A stretch of DNA of 57,315 nt, the filler included, from Barthelona sp. PAP020 (taxonomy: Eukaryota): the NCBI GenBank assembly GCA_040182905.1. It is 2 parts of 2 records of this genome, joined end to end, with 100 filler letters (N's around TTAATTAATTAA, not from the genome) between each part and the next. Parts side by side here need not be neighbours in the genome. Positions count along the whole stretch, not along the records: positions 28,797 to 57,315 come from JARQWU010000122.1; 1 more part is not named here. One strand, 5' to 3'. Shown here in pieces: positions 29,754 to 39,321 of the stretch. The notes under the pieces are model-generated. The model was given only the letters and a program-made list of their open reading frames with translations. It was not told the DNA's origin and made no database searches. Within the stretch, counting starts at the first letter, position 1; each line of letters opens with the position of its first letter. Made by a program: the position numbers and the translations under genes.

Positions 29754-31376
29754 CTAAAATTGAACTCTCATCAATCCCTTCACGTTGTCCGCAATAACAC
29801 AATCCACACCTTCCAAATATTGCAGTTCAGCATATTCGACGACATTATTGTTGTGTCCATATGTAGCCATGAAGAGAGCTTTATCTTTAACGTTATGAAT
29901 GGCTTCCACATTATCAATCAAATGATCTGAAGCCGCAACAATACCAGGCAAACCTAATGTTAACGCCCAATGAACAGCATTTTCAATTCCATTCAATCTG
30001 TGATCAGCAGAAATGTTGACCAACTTAGCTTCAGTCAAAAATAAAACAGGAAAGAAAGGTTGTTTGAAATGTAACAAAGCAACTATTTCAGCGTCAAAAG
30101 AAGAAAAAACTATTGGTAAATTCGTTCCAAGCTTGAAAGTCTCATCTAATATCTTATCTACGTATTTATTCTTCTTCATGTAGACAAAATGATGATGGTC
30201 AATCTCTTCTACAGTTGGATACTTAATCTCCACATTCAAAATTATATTTTTCCCTTGTAAATGTTGTAAAGTACTTTGATATGTTGGTGACACATCAGCC
30301 AATGTCAATGGAGCGTCTAATCTCAAATCACCATCATCATTCATTGATCTGGCTTGAGAAATGAAATTAGCCTGCCTCTTTAAATCTTCAAAGTCGGAAA
30401 AAGAAACAACTTTTCTATCTTTTTCAGCATCAGGACAATCAAGAAAATCTTCTTTTGAACCAGCGCAAAACGCGTGCTTTTCATAAATTCTGCGAGTAAA
30501 TGAAAAAAAAGATGAGCTATCCATCTGACATATTGCTTGAACCCTATTTTCAGCAGTTCGTAAAAAGAAATCGTGAAAAATTATCAACTCTTCGTCTTTA
30601 GTTGGTTGGACATCAAATTCTATACCATCGATACCATTATCGATAGCTTGCTGAAATGATAAGAAAGTATTTTCAGTAATTGGAGTTCTAAAAGACTCTT
30701 TTTTGGAAGAAGCACCAAAGCCTCTATGGCCTATCCTCAATTTACCCTTTAAAAATACATGCTTCAAAGGTTGTAAAATTGTAGGATTAGCGGTCAATTG
30801 AACAGGTTTTTGACTATTAAATACAGTTTGCGGTAAAATATTGCGTGGTCTTGTTAACTTTTTATTTTCATTAGCTTCAATAAAAGCATTGATTCTTTGT
30901 ATATAATCTCTATTCTCATCAAAATTCTTCATCCAATTTGAATAGAAATCAAAGGTTGATTGACTAAATTTATAAGGCAAAGAAATGCAAAAACTTAAGG
31001 TTAAAGAACCAATAACATCAAAAGACTTTTCTCCAACAATTGGTCGCGAAATTTGGTCATTCAAAGTATAAAAATCAGTCGATAAAAAGAAACACTTTCC
31101 AATCACACGAGAACCTCTGAGAATTTTTATGGTAAATCTGAGTGTTTCTAAAGATTCAAATTGAAAAGTATGCCAACGTTCTTGAATAGTGTTTGTCTCT
31201 CTAATAAACCTCTCAACACCACCAGTCACTAATACTTGTTCTGGATTATGACAAAAAATTTCAAATTTTAAACCTGGTAAAGCATTATCTAATCGCAAAG
31301 GAGGAATGATTTCTTCCTTATCTTCATAATTCCTTCCACCTAACCTCAATAATATGATGGATGGACTGTAAATCAT
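29754..31376 (-). CDS. Glycerophosphocholine phosphodiesterase, GDE1/GPCPD1-type GDPD
   Basis: IGHRGFG, ENTFLSF, IEFDVQ.TKD...IIFHD, NVEIKYP, FSSFDAEI...L..KQPFFPV, TYG..NN, GVDCVIAD, preceded by a C2-like beta region. Confidence 0.9.
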   Translation of the reverse strand: MIYSPSIILLRLGGRNYEDKEEIIPPLRLDNALPGLKFEIFCHNPEQVLVTGGVERFIRETNTIQERWHTFQFESLETLRFTIKILRGSRVIGKCFFLSTDFYTLNDQISRPIVGEKSFDVIGSLTLSFCISLPYKFSQSTFDFYSNWMKNFDENRDYIQRINAFIEANENKKLTRPRNILPQTVFNSQKPVQLTANPTILQPLKHVFLKGKLRIGHRGFGASSKKESFRTPITENTFLSFQQAIDNGIDGIEFDVQPTKDEELIIFHDFFLRTAENRVQAICQMDSSSFFSFTRRIYEKHAFCAGSKEDFLDCPDAEKDRKVVSFSDFEDLKRQANFISQARSMNDDGDLRLDAPLTLADVSPTYQSTLQHLQGKNIILNVEIKYPTVEEIDHHHFVYMKKNKYVDKILDETFKLGTNLPIVFSSFDAEIVALLHFKQPFFPVLFLTEAKLVNISADHRLNGIENAVHWALTLGLPGIVAASDHLIDNVEAIHNVKDKALFMATYGHNNNVVEYAELQYLEGVDCVIADNVKGLMRVQF

Positions 31377-31570
31377 GACAATTTATGACAATATGTACGA
31401 AAGTCAAGGGGAAGAAATTGGTTTAATTTTGTCCTGAGGTTTTTTGTGATTTAGAAACACCCTTAAAACACACTAATTGAATTCTTATAAATAGTTATTA
31501 TATCAATAAAGATAAAAAACTTTAAAAATATTTATTTTTTAAATTTTTTATTAAATAACAATGTTATTCA

Positions 31571-31909
31571 ATGGATGAGTATTCCGAACAAATAATTACA
31601 CTAATTAATGAAGAATTAAAAGAAATTACTCAGGAATCAACAACTTTCAATTTATCTCAATCCGAATTATTAGAAATACCTGATTTTAATGATGAAATTT
31701 CAGAAAAAATTGTTGAGTTGAATCAAATAAATCAAAGAATAAAAAATTATCATGAATTTGGAGATTCAATTATTAATGAACATAAATTACATATTATTGA
31801 ATTAAGAAATCTTGTTAAAACTATGAAATTAAAAAAAATCAAACTTTGGAAAGAAGTTAATTCCAAGAAATATGAAAGATTGTCAAATATTAAACAAGTG
31901 ATGGATTAA
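31571..31909 (+). CDS. Small coiled-coil protein
   Basis: 112-aa ORF with a heptad pattern, a tcaATG start context and a position divergent from the GDPD gene. Size fits BLOC-1/BORC-type subunits but it is not assignable. Confidence 0.7.
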   Translation: MDEYSEQIITLINEELKEITQESTTFNLSQSELLEIPDFNDEISEKIVELNQINQRIKNYHEFGDSIINEHKLHIIELRNLVKTMKLKKIKLWKEVNSKKYERLSNIKQVMD

Positions 31910-32218
31910 TTAAGTCTGTTTTGATTGTTATTAGTGTTATTTATGATTAATTGATGAAAAAAAAGGCAAAATTTTTATGATAATGTTCAATTTGAAAGAT
32001 TTTTTGTAAATATGAAGCATTTTTTATTATTATGGGTGCAATTGTGATCAAACCATTGTTTATATTGTATATTTTGAAAATATTGACAATGTTGATAAAT
32101 AAAAAGAAAAAAATGAGGAAATTCCAACAAAAGAAATGATGTGCATGATTGGAACACTTTTCTATTTCAAAATTTCAAAACAGCATGAATAATTAACAAC
32201 AAACCATAAATACTATAT

Positions 32219-35200
32219 TCACATCAAACCATCAAACATATTCTTTTCTTTCAAAGAATCCTTTTCTTCGTTTTTACTCTTCATTTTTTCTTCTTTCATT
32301 GATTTCAATTGAGCATTAACAGCTTCAATATCAGGTTTCCAGGCATTCAGTGAAGGTTTAAATTTTTCAAATTTACTTTGACCATCATCATTATTTTCAA
32401 CACTCCACCTTTTATTCTTTTTTCTGTTAAACTTAGGATGTTTCCTAACAGGAAAAACCATTGAATGTAAATCTTCAAAAGCATCTAGAGCTGAGTTTCT
32501 GTCTGTAAACATCAAAATTATTTCATTATCATTCAACCATTTCAAGGAATAAGACATGGATAAAGGCAACAAATACTCAATTACATCTGTTGTTGTATAA
32601 GAAACAGGCAAATCAAAAAGTATCAAACTGCGATCAAATCTAACGTTTTCCATCTTTTCAATCAAAGGAACTTCAATCAACTTGGACAACAAAGGCAAAG
32701 GCTGTTTTAATTCACTTTCTAAATATCCATTTTTCAAAGCCAAATGACATTCAAATTGTTGATTCTTTGTGTGAAAACTGCAATGAATTGGACCCCACAA
32801 AGGAATATATGTTTCAATCAACTCTTTTTCGTTATTATTCGTAAATTCTAAATAGACATCAGACTTATCATGGAATATCAATTTTATCAATAGAGTGTCC
32901 AATTTTTCAATAATAGAAGGGTTACTTCTGGCTAATTGAATCAACTCAGGATCGAATTCCGTGGAATGTTTGAAAAAGTTTTGATTAATCAAAGTTAGAC
33001 CACCGATTTCCATCATGTTTTTAAGTCGCTGTTTCTTTTGTTGGTGTTTCACACATTCTTCATCACATTTTATCATTGTTCCATCACACAAACCACTAAC
33101 AGTATTAAACCCACATGAACAAGTTCGAATGCCAACAAAACTACAAGCTGGACAAGGATCATTCGGATGACACATAGTTTTGCATATATGTCCACATTCC
33201 AATTTCTTTCCACATTCGCGATGACATGAACGAATTTTAGAGCGGTCATCACTGCAATATTCATCTGGCGGATGACATCTACGATGACAAACGTGATGTC
33301 CACAACACAAAATTTTTTCACAAATATTCTTACATCTAGCTGATTCCCCGCCACATTGTTGTTCCTTCATTTCTTTTCCACAAGCACAAGGCTTAACAAC
33401 AAGTTCAGTACAAGATGGACAATTTCCTTCATGGCATCTTGTTTTGCATTTATGTCCACATTTTAATATCTTCTCACAAATATTTTTGCAACATGGTACA
33501 GTAGTGCCACAAGGTTGTGGTGGATTAAGAAGCGTTTTACCACAGGGACAAGTAATTGGTTCAAGAATCATGTAGCCACAAGGAGGACATGGTCCAGGAT
33601 GTCCACAAGCCTCTTGACAAGTGTGTCCACAAGATAGTGATTGTCCACATTTCTTTTCACAAAAGTGACTGTTAGGAATTGATCGAAGTGGACAACATTT
33701 TTTACGACAAATATGCTTTCCACAATTCAAAAGACGACCACAGACAGTTTGGCATGAGGGTTCAACACCATTAGCAAGATCTAACGAAGAAATCTTAATA
33801 ATCTGTGATCCACATCTACAAGGAACTTGAATAATCTCCTTAGTAATTGGACAAGGTCCATCATGACAAGGTTGATTACAAACGTGACCCGGATATGCTG
33901 AGAGAGGTTTTCCACAAATCTTATCACAAGTTAGTAAAGGGTCTGAACAACTAAATCTCCCATGTTGATGCATTTGGGTCTTTCCACAGGCACAAGTTTT
34001 TCTGGTTCTTGGATTTCTGTCACAACGTTTGCATGGTCCTTCATGACAGGCAAAAACACACCTACATTCACCGCAATCGAGTAATTTATCACAAACCTGA
34101 TCACATGAACAAATCTTTTCAATGATTCCATCATTATTTGGTCTCAAATGAAGAGGAACATTGCCACATTCAACAGTCGAAACTGTTTTACCACAAAAAC
34201 AACTAACTTTTACAAGAGCTTCACAGTTAGAAAGCTTTTTCAAATTTTTATCCAAAACTGACCCAGGATGCCAAAATTCTGATCTTACATACTTACTCGG
34301 AATCTCTTGTAACGCCATTTTTTGTTGAAATTCTATTTCAGGTTTAATATCACTGTTATTATCAAAACCACAAAACTCACAAAGTCCACTTGAATTTTGA
34401 TATATTCCGCAACCTGAACAAATCTTTGCCAGTGGTTTTTTACTGACGCATACACTAGAATGGCAAATCCTTTGACAATAATGTCTACCACAATCTAAAA
34501 GCTTCCCACAAATGTTACCACAAGACCGAACTCCTTCATCATTCAAAAGGGCGCATGGTATTGTCATTTCTTGTTTGCCACAGTAACATTTATGAGTGGA
34601 AGTCAGATTACATGTTGAGCATTGTCCTGCATGACAAGGCAAAAAACACTTGTGACCACAAGGCAATTCCTTGCCACATTGAGCTGAGCAACAACCGGGT
34701 GAAATGCCATTTGTTAATTGGGGATTAATAGAATGTCCTCCAAAACAACGAAATAATGGAGGATCAACAACATGTCTACAATGTGGACATTTGGCTGGAA
34801 AAGTAGCTAAAGCACGAGTTGCACAACTAAAATGAAGGATCACATTGCAACGTTGACAATTCCAAAATTTCACCAGCTTTCCATCCCTAATAGGGTGAAT
34901 CTTTTGAAAACAAATCGCACAAATCGCATTTCCTTCAGCAAATTCTTTGGTTTTTGTCAGTGCTTGTCCTCTAAAACCCAAAGAATTCCAATCAATGGTA
35001 GACAAAGAAAAAGGTACTGTTTCTTGAAAACATTGTGCATCTAAATTAAACTTGTTAAAAGAAGATTGGCTTTTTGATGATGAAAACGTTTCATTTGACT
35101 CTTCTTTTTGAGATTTCAACAAAAGTCCTTCAAATTCACTGCTAAAGCTTTTTTCAGTGCTTTTTTCATGATCCATTTGTTTGCTTTGTTTTTGCTTTTG

Positions 35201-35470
35201 TTTTTGTTTTTGTTTTGGTCTTTCTTTAATGTTTTTTCCTTTGTCAAAATCCAAACTACTTCCTTTTTTTTTAAAATCTGTCAAGTTTTGTTCAAAATAA
35301 GATTCATCATTTTCTTTGGAAAAAGTTACCATAAAATTCTTCGTCGTTTCATCTTTCAATTTTTTTGAGTTAACACTTTTGGGTTTTCTTTGATAATTTC
35401 TTTTCTTCTTTTTCACATTTAACTCTTTTGTATTTTGATTATTCGTATTCGTTTTTGGTTGATCAGACAT
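32219..35470 (-). CDS. NFX1: NF-X1-type zinc-finger protein (RING/PHD + NF-X1 repeats + R3H-like/RRM-like C-terminus)
   Basis: CAIC...WNCQRC..ILHFSC...CPHC, then many CGxHxCxxxCHxGxCxxC repeats and a C-terminal LKWLNDNEIILMF RRM-like segment. First ATG is at 35470. Confidence 0.9.
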   Translation of the reverse strand: MSDQPKTNTNNQNTKELNVKKKKRNYQRKPKSVNSKKLKDETTKNFMVTFSKENDESYFEQNLTDFKKKGSSLDFDKGKNIKERPKQKQKQKQKQSKQMDHEKSTEKSFSSEFEGLLLKSQKEESNETFSSSKSQSSFNKFNLDAQCFQETVPFSLSTIDWNSLGFRGQALTKTKEFAEGNAICAICFQKIHPIRDGKLVKFWNCQRCNVILHFSCATRALATFPAKCPHCRHVVDPPLFRCFGGHSINPQLTNGISPGCCSAQCGKELPCGHKCFLPCHAGQCSTCNLTSTHKCYCGKQEMTIPCALLNDEGVRSCGNICGKLLDCGRHYCQRICHSSVCVSKKPLAKICSGCGIYQNSSGLCEFCGFDNNSDIKPEIEFQQKMALQEIPSKYVRSEFWHPGSVLDKNLKKLSNCEALVKVSCFCGKTVSTVECGNVPLHLRPNNDGIIEKICSCDQVCDKLLDCGECRCVFACHEGPCKRCDRNPRTRKTCACGKTQMHQHGRFSCSDPLLTCDKICGKPLSAYPGHVCNQPCHDGPCPITKEIIQVPCRCGSQIIKISSLDLANGVEPSCQTVCGRLLNCGKHICRKKCCPLRSIPNSHFCEKKCGQSLSCGHTCQEACGHPGPCPPCGYMILEPITCPCGKTLLNPPQPCGTTVPCCKNICEKILKCGHKCKTRCHEGNCPSCTELVVKPCACGKEMKEQQCGGESARCKNICEKILCCGHHVCHRRCHPPDEYCSDDRSKIRSCHRECGKKLECGHICKTMCHPNDPCPACSFVGIRTCSCGFNTVSGLCDGTMIKCDEECVKHQQKKQRLKNMMEIGGLTLINQNFFKHSTEFDPELIQLARSNPSIIEKLDTLLIKLIFHDKSDVYLEFTNNNEKELIETYIPLWGPIHCSFHTKNQQFECHLALKNGYLESELKQPLPLLSKLIEVPLIEKMENVRFDRSLILFDLPVSYTTTDVIEYLLPLSMSYSLKWLNDNEIILMFTDRNSALDAFEDLHSMVFPVRKHPKFNRKKNKRWSVENNDDGQSKFEKFKPSLNAWKPDIEAVNAQLKSMKEEKMKSKNEEKDSLKEKNMFDGLM

Positions 35471-35645
35471 CAATTATGAATGAATAAAATGCTTTTTGTT
35501 TGTATTTGTCGAAATAGACTCTACATATCTAATTTTTATTTTATTTTATTCAGCACTTACATTATAACTTTTGAAACATAAACCTTCTGAAGAAAAAACC
35601 AGAATAAACAATAATTTATAAAATAAATAATGACCAAAATATAAC

Positions 35646-36335
35646 TTATTCGTAATCAACTGTTAAAAAGAAAGTTCCATTTGAACGTATTGATATTGAA
35701 TTGGAATCATTAAAATTTGAAGAACTAAAAAAATTAGACGATATTTCGGCATCATCTAAATCCCAATGAAAACCTTTGGTAGTAACTCTCACATTATCAA
35801 AAGAAAACAACCCCATTTTAAATGTTTTATCTTTTTCGAAGTGAAAATGTTGAATTTCACTATTTAATACATATATATAACTTTCATCGCTTTGTACTAT
35901 ACATAAAGGAATTGAATTACGTTTAACAAAATCAAAACAAATGAAAAAAGTCGAAAGAGTATGATCAAGTCTACCTCCCAAAGCACTTAAAATGGTGAGA
36001 AAATAATTGTCTCCTTTATATTCCTTTTCAATATATTGTAAACATTTTTGTAAATCATTTGTATTTTGACAACTTGAAGAGATCTTTGGAATATTTGGAG
36101 AAAGCGACAACAAATCAATGCTATCAAAATCACCAATAATCAAATTAGGTTCAAATAACGATAAATTGCTCTTTAAAAAGGAATTATAACCACCATCTGC
36201 AGCAATTCTAAGATTTGATTCATTCCAAATTCTCTGATTCGTCAATAATTTTTCAAAATTTGTAACGGGAGCATTTAACAATAAACAAATTTGCAGTCTT
36301 TTCAACTCTTCATGGCGAGAAATTAAAAAATCCAT
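35646..36335 (-). CDS. TPK1: Thiamine pyrophosphokinase
   Basis: RIAADGG.N, IIGDFDSI, QNTNDLQKC, ALGGRLDH, VTTKGFHWDL, SSSN. Confidence 0.95.
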   Translation of the reverse strand: MDFLISRHEELKRLQICLLLNAPVTNFEKLLTNQRIWNESNLRIAADGGYNSFLKSNLSLFEPNLIIGDFDSIDLLSLSPNIPKISSSCQNTNDLQKCLQYIEKEYKGDNYFLTILSALGGRLDHTLSTFFICFDFVKRNSIPLCIVQSDESYIYVLNSEIQHFHFEKDKTFKMGLFSFDNVRVTTKGFHWDLDDAEISSNFFSSSNFNDSNSISIRSNGTFFLTVDYE

Positions 36336-36504
36336 TCAACCAAGATACATTTTCATAAATTTTCAAAACAAGAAAATTTAGAAATTAACTGTGATAAAAT
36401 GTAACAAATTAAACAAAATTTACAAAAAAAATTTGAATGTGACTTTGACATTTCAAGAATTGAAAAAAGGGAAAAAAAAAACGACCCAAAAAATTTCCAT
36501 ACAA

Positions 36505-39021
36505 ATGAAAGAATCCAAATTCTTATTGCCTGATGGGTCAAATGTTGTTTTGGATATTCGAAATTTCTCAAATGTAAGCACATTAAGAAAATATTTTGCA
36601 GATATGTTAAAAATGATGGTTGTTTTAGTCACAGATATAGGTATATTGACCAATGATTACCAATTAAATTTTTTAAAACATTGGGATAAAGAAATTATCA
36701 TTGAAGTGACTTCTCCTTCAAAATTATCCAGAGAACATATTGACCATTTACGAACTGCATCAAATATTTACATAAATGACGATACAAATTTTGCAATTAA
36801 AGAATGTTATTATGAAATTTTGGCTAAACTAACAAATCCACCTAATTTTTTGTTGATTGGGTTGGGTGAAACTCATCAAAGTTCATTAGAAGAAATAAAA
36901 GTTGTTTTAGCGTCTATAGCGCCGTCAATTGGGTATATTGTTTTTGGGATTGAGAATTATGGTTGTGCTTCTAATTTTGATGGTAAAATTATTTGTAATG
37001 AAGATCTAGTGCAAATGTTTGCTATTGCTGATGAAGCAGGAAATTTCGAATTCACTTGTTATTCTTTTAATCCATTAGGTTCTCTCAATATAGAATATGA
37101 TAGTTGTGGTAGTGGAAATGTGTTAAATTCAAGCAATAATGTTGATACAGATAGTTTACTTGATTTAGGTTCAGAAGTAGATGATCATCTATCAGAAGAT
37201 GCGTATATATCTGATTTAAAACAAGAGTTCAGCTTAGGAAATTCAGCAGAAATTGATTCATTGCAATACTTCAAAGATAAGAACAGCCTCAGTCCCAATA
37301 TTGACGACACATACACGATAGAACATGATGCTTCAAAACAATCCAAAGATGTTTTTGTTGATAACACTCATGAAACTGATATAAACACACATTATCAGTT
37401 TCATACGATTAACCTAAAAGAAATTGAAGAATCTTTTGATAATAACATGATTGGAAGTATTTATTCAGTTGTCACTTCACCTGTTGAATCGATGAGTGAT
37501 CTTGAAAGCGTCCCTAAACTGATATTTTTGTTAATGACGGGGGAACTTGGTCATTTTCCTATCAAAATGCTTCAAGAAATGTGGCCAGATACACCTATAC
37601 AAGGGATAGCATCATCCTCGCAGATATTATGCAATTCTCATTTCATTAATAACGGTTTTGTGGCTGTTCAAATGTATACCACTGCAGATGTATTGACCAC
37701 TTTTCATTTTCCAACAAATCCCACTGCAGTTGAAGCTGAAATTACTAAAATTAGTTCAAACGGTTATGTAATCGAAGAGTTAGATGATCGTCCTGCCTTG
37801 GAAGTCTACAATGAGTTTATTTGCGCAGATTTGACAACTCAACCCTCAAAGAAAGATTTATCTCCTTTAGGACTATTTTTGGGAGAATCTAATGATGGTG
37901 AAGAGCTATTTCAAAGCATTTTACCTGTTACATCTACTGAAACAAAAGGTTTAAGGCTTAACATTCAAGTTGAAAATAATAGCACATTGACTTTATTGAG
38001 TGCTACAAAGAAGGGAATTTTGGAAAAGGTACGTGATATGGTACATTTATCACAAATTTCTGGATTATTTGGTGTGTTTATCTTTGCACCAATAGGGTTT
38101 GGTCGATTATTGTATGCGAATGAAAACGACAATTCTTCTTCTTCTTGCAATTCATTTTCTGATGAGGTTCATTTTAAGGAAATGTCAATGTTCTTTTCTC
38201 ATACCCAAATTGGATCCTTTAAATTTGCTCGAGAATCTTCTACTTCAGCATTGGTTTCAAAAAAAGGACTCAGAAACTGGTTGTTGAATTACCAAAATTT
38301 TTGTTTTGGATCGGTTGCCTTTATTGAACCGAAACTTGCATCAGAACATCACTTAGCTATCTTAATTACAGACATTGAAAGTTCGACTTATCTTTGGCAA
38401 AATTATCCCACAGAAATGCAAGAAGCTTTAACTTTGCACAATAATCTTTTCAGAACTCTCTTAAAAGACCCAGGTTTTGGTGGTATTGAATTAAGAACAG
38501 AAGGGGATTCATTTGTTTTGGCTTTTAAATCAGCAATAAAGGCTGTTCTATTTTCAATATTAGTTCAACTCGAATTATTAAAGTTGAAGTGGCCAAAAAA
38601 ATTGTTAGAAGAAGAAATTTGCAAACCTATTTATGATGAAAATGGTATCTTAATTTGGTGCGGATTGAAAGTACGTATGGGCATTCTTCATGGTTCACCA
38701 AAAGTCATGTTTGACAGACATGATAACAGATACATTTTGTCTGGTCCTGTTATGGACGCAGCAGCGTATGTTTCAGATGTCTCCAATGGTGGTCAAATTT
38801 TAATTTGCGAACATGTATTTGAACTTGTTAAAGAATATCATTTTGATGAATGTGAAGGAGCTTCAATTATATGCACCAACCCAATCAATATCACTTCATT
38901 GTGTGTTTCCAAGCAGCTGTTTCAAATTTTTCCTTTAAAATTGAGTGGTCGTAAGTTTGAAAAATTGAGAAGTCGAAAAGGGTCTATTATTGGTACTTTG
39001 GGCAATTTTGCTTTCGATTAG
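36505..39021 (+). CDS. FIST (NosP-like) sensor domain fused to a class III adenylate/guanylate cyclase domain
   Basis: FIST_C signature ITKISSNGYVIEELDDRPALEVYNEF...PLGL...KGLRLNIQVENNSTLTLL and FIST_N-like segments (PPNFLLIG...LASIAP; WPDTPIQGIASS). Cyclase motifs ITDIESSTYLW, RTEGDSF, GLKVRMGI..G, GGQILI. First ATG is at 36505. Confidence 0.85.
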   Translation: MKESKFLLPDGSNVVLDIRNFSNVSTLRKYFADMLKMMVVLVTDIGILTNDYQLNFLKHWDKEIIIEVTSPSKLSREHIDHLRTASNIYINDDTNFAIKECYYEILAKLTNPPNFLLIGLGETHQSSLEEIKVVLASIAPSIGYIVFGIENYGCASNFDGKIICNEDLVQMFAIADEAGNFEFTCYSFNPLGSLNIEYDSCGSGNVLNSSNNVDTDSLLDLGSEVDDHLSEDAYISDLKQEFSLGNSAEIDSLQYFKDKNSLSPNIDDTYTIEHDASKQSKDVFVDNTHETDINTHYQFHTINLKEIEESFDNNMIGSIYSVVTSPVESMSDLESVPKLIFLLMTGELGHFPIKMLQEMWPDTPIQGIASSSQILCNSHFINNGFVAVQMYTTADVLTTFHFPTNPTAVEAEITKISSNGYVIEELDDRPALEVYNEFICADLTTQPSKKDLSPLGLFLGESNDGEELFQSILPVTSTETKGLRLNIQVENNSTLTLLSATKKGILEKVRDMVHLSQISGLFGVFIFAPIGFGRLLYANENDNSSSSCNSFSDEVHFKEMSMFFSHTQIGSFKFARESSTSALVSKKGLRNWLLNYQNFCFGSVAFIEPKLASEHHLAILITDIESSTYLWQNYPTEMQEALTLHNNLFRTLLKDPGFGGIELRTEGDSFVLAFKSAIKAVLFSILVQLELLKLKWPKKLLEEEICKPIYDENGILIWCGLKVRMGILHGSPKVMFDRHDNRYILSGPVMDAAAYVSDVSNGGQILICEHVFELVKEYHFDECEGASIICTNPINITSLCVSKQLFQIFPLKLSGRKFEKLRSRKGSIIGTLGNFAFD

Positions 39022-39321
39022 CCTGAATTCATGAATAAATAATCGAACATTTGATGATGAATGATTGAAAGAACAAGCAAAAAGAAAAATACATCTGTTT
39101 ATTTAGAGATCAATGTATGAAATTAGTTAACCTATTTTCCAGGTAATAGTCATTTTAGGATGTATCTTTCTCGTTTGGTTGTTTTATTCAATCAATTATA
39201 AAAAGATAAACAAAAAATTACTCTTTTTTATTCTTTTGTTAGCAAATGAACTAACAACAAACACAATTTTATCAATTTTTGATCAATTTTCTGTCAAAAA
39301 AATAACAACAAAAAATTATGT

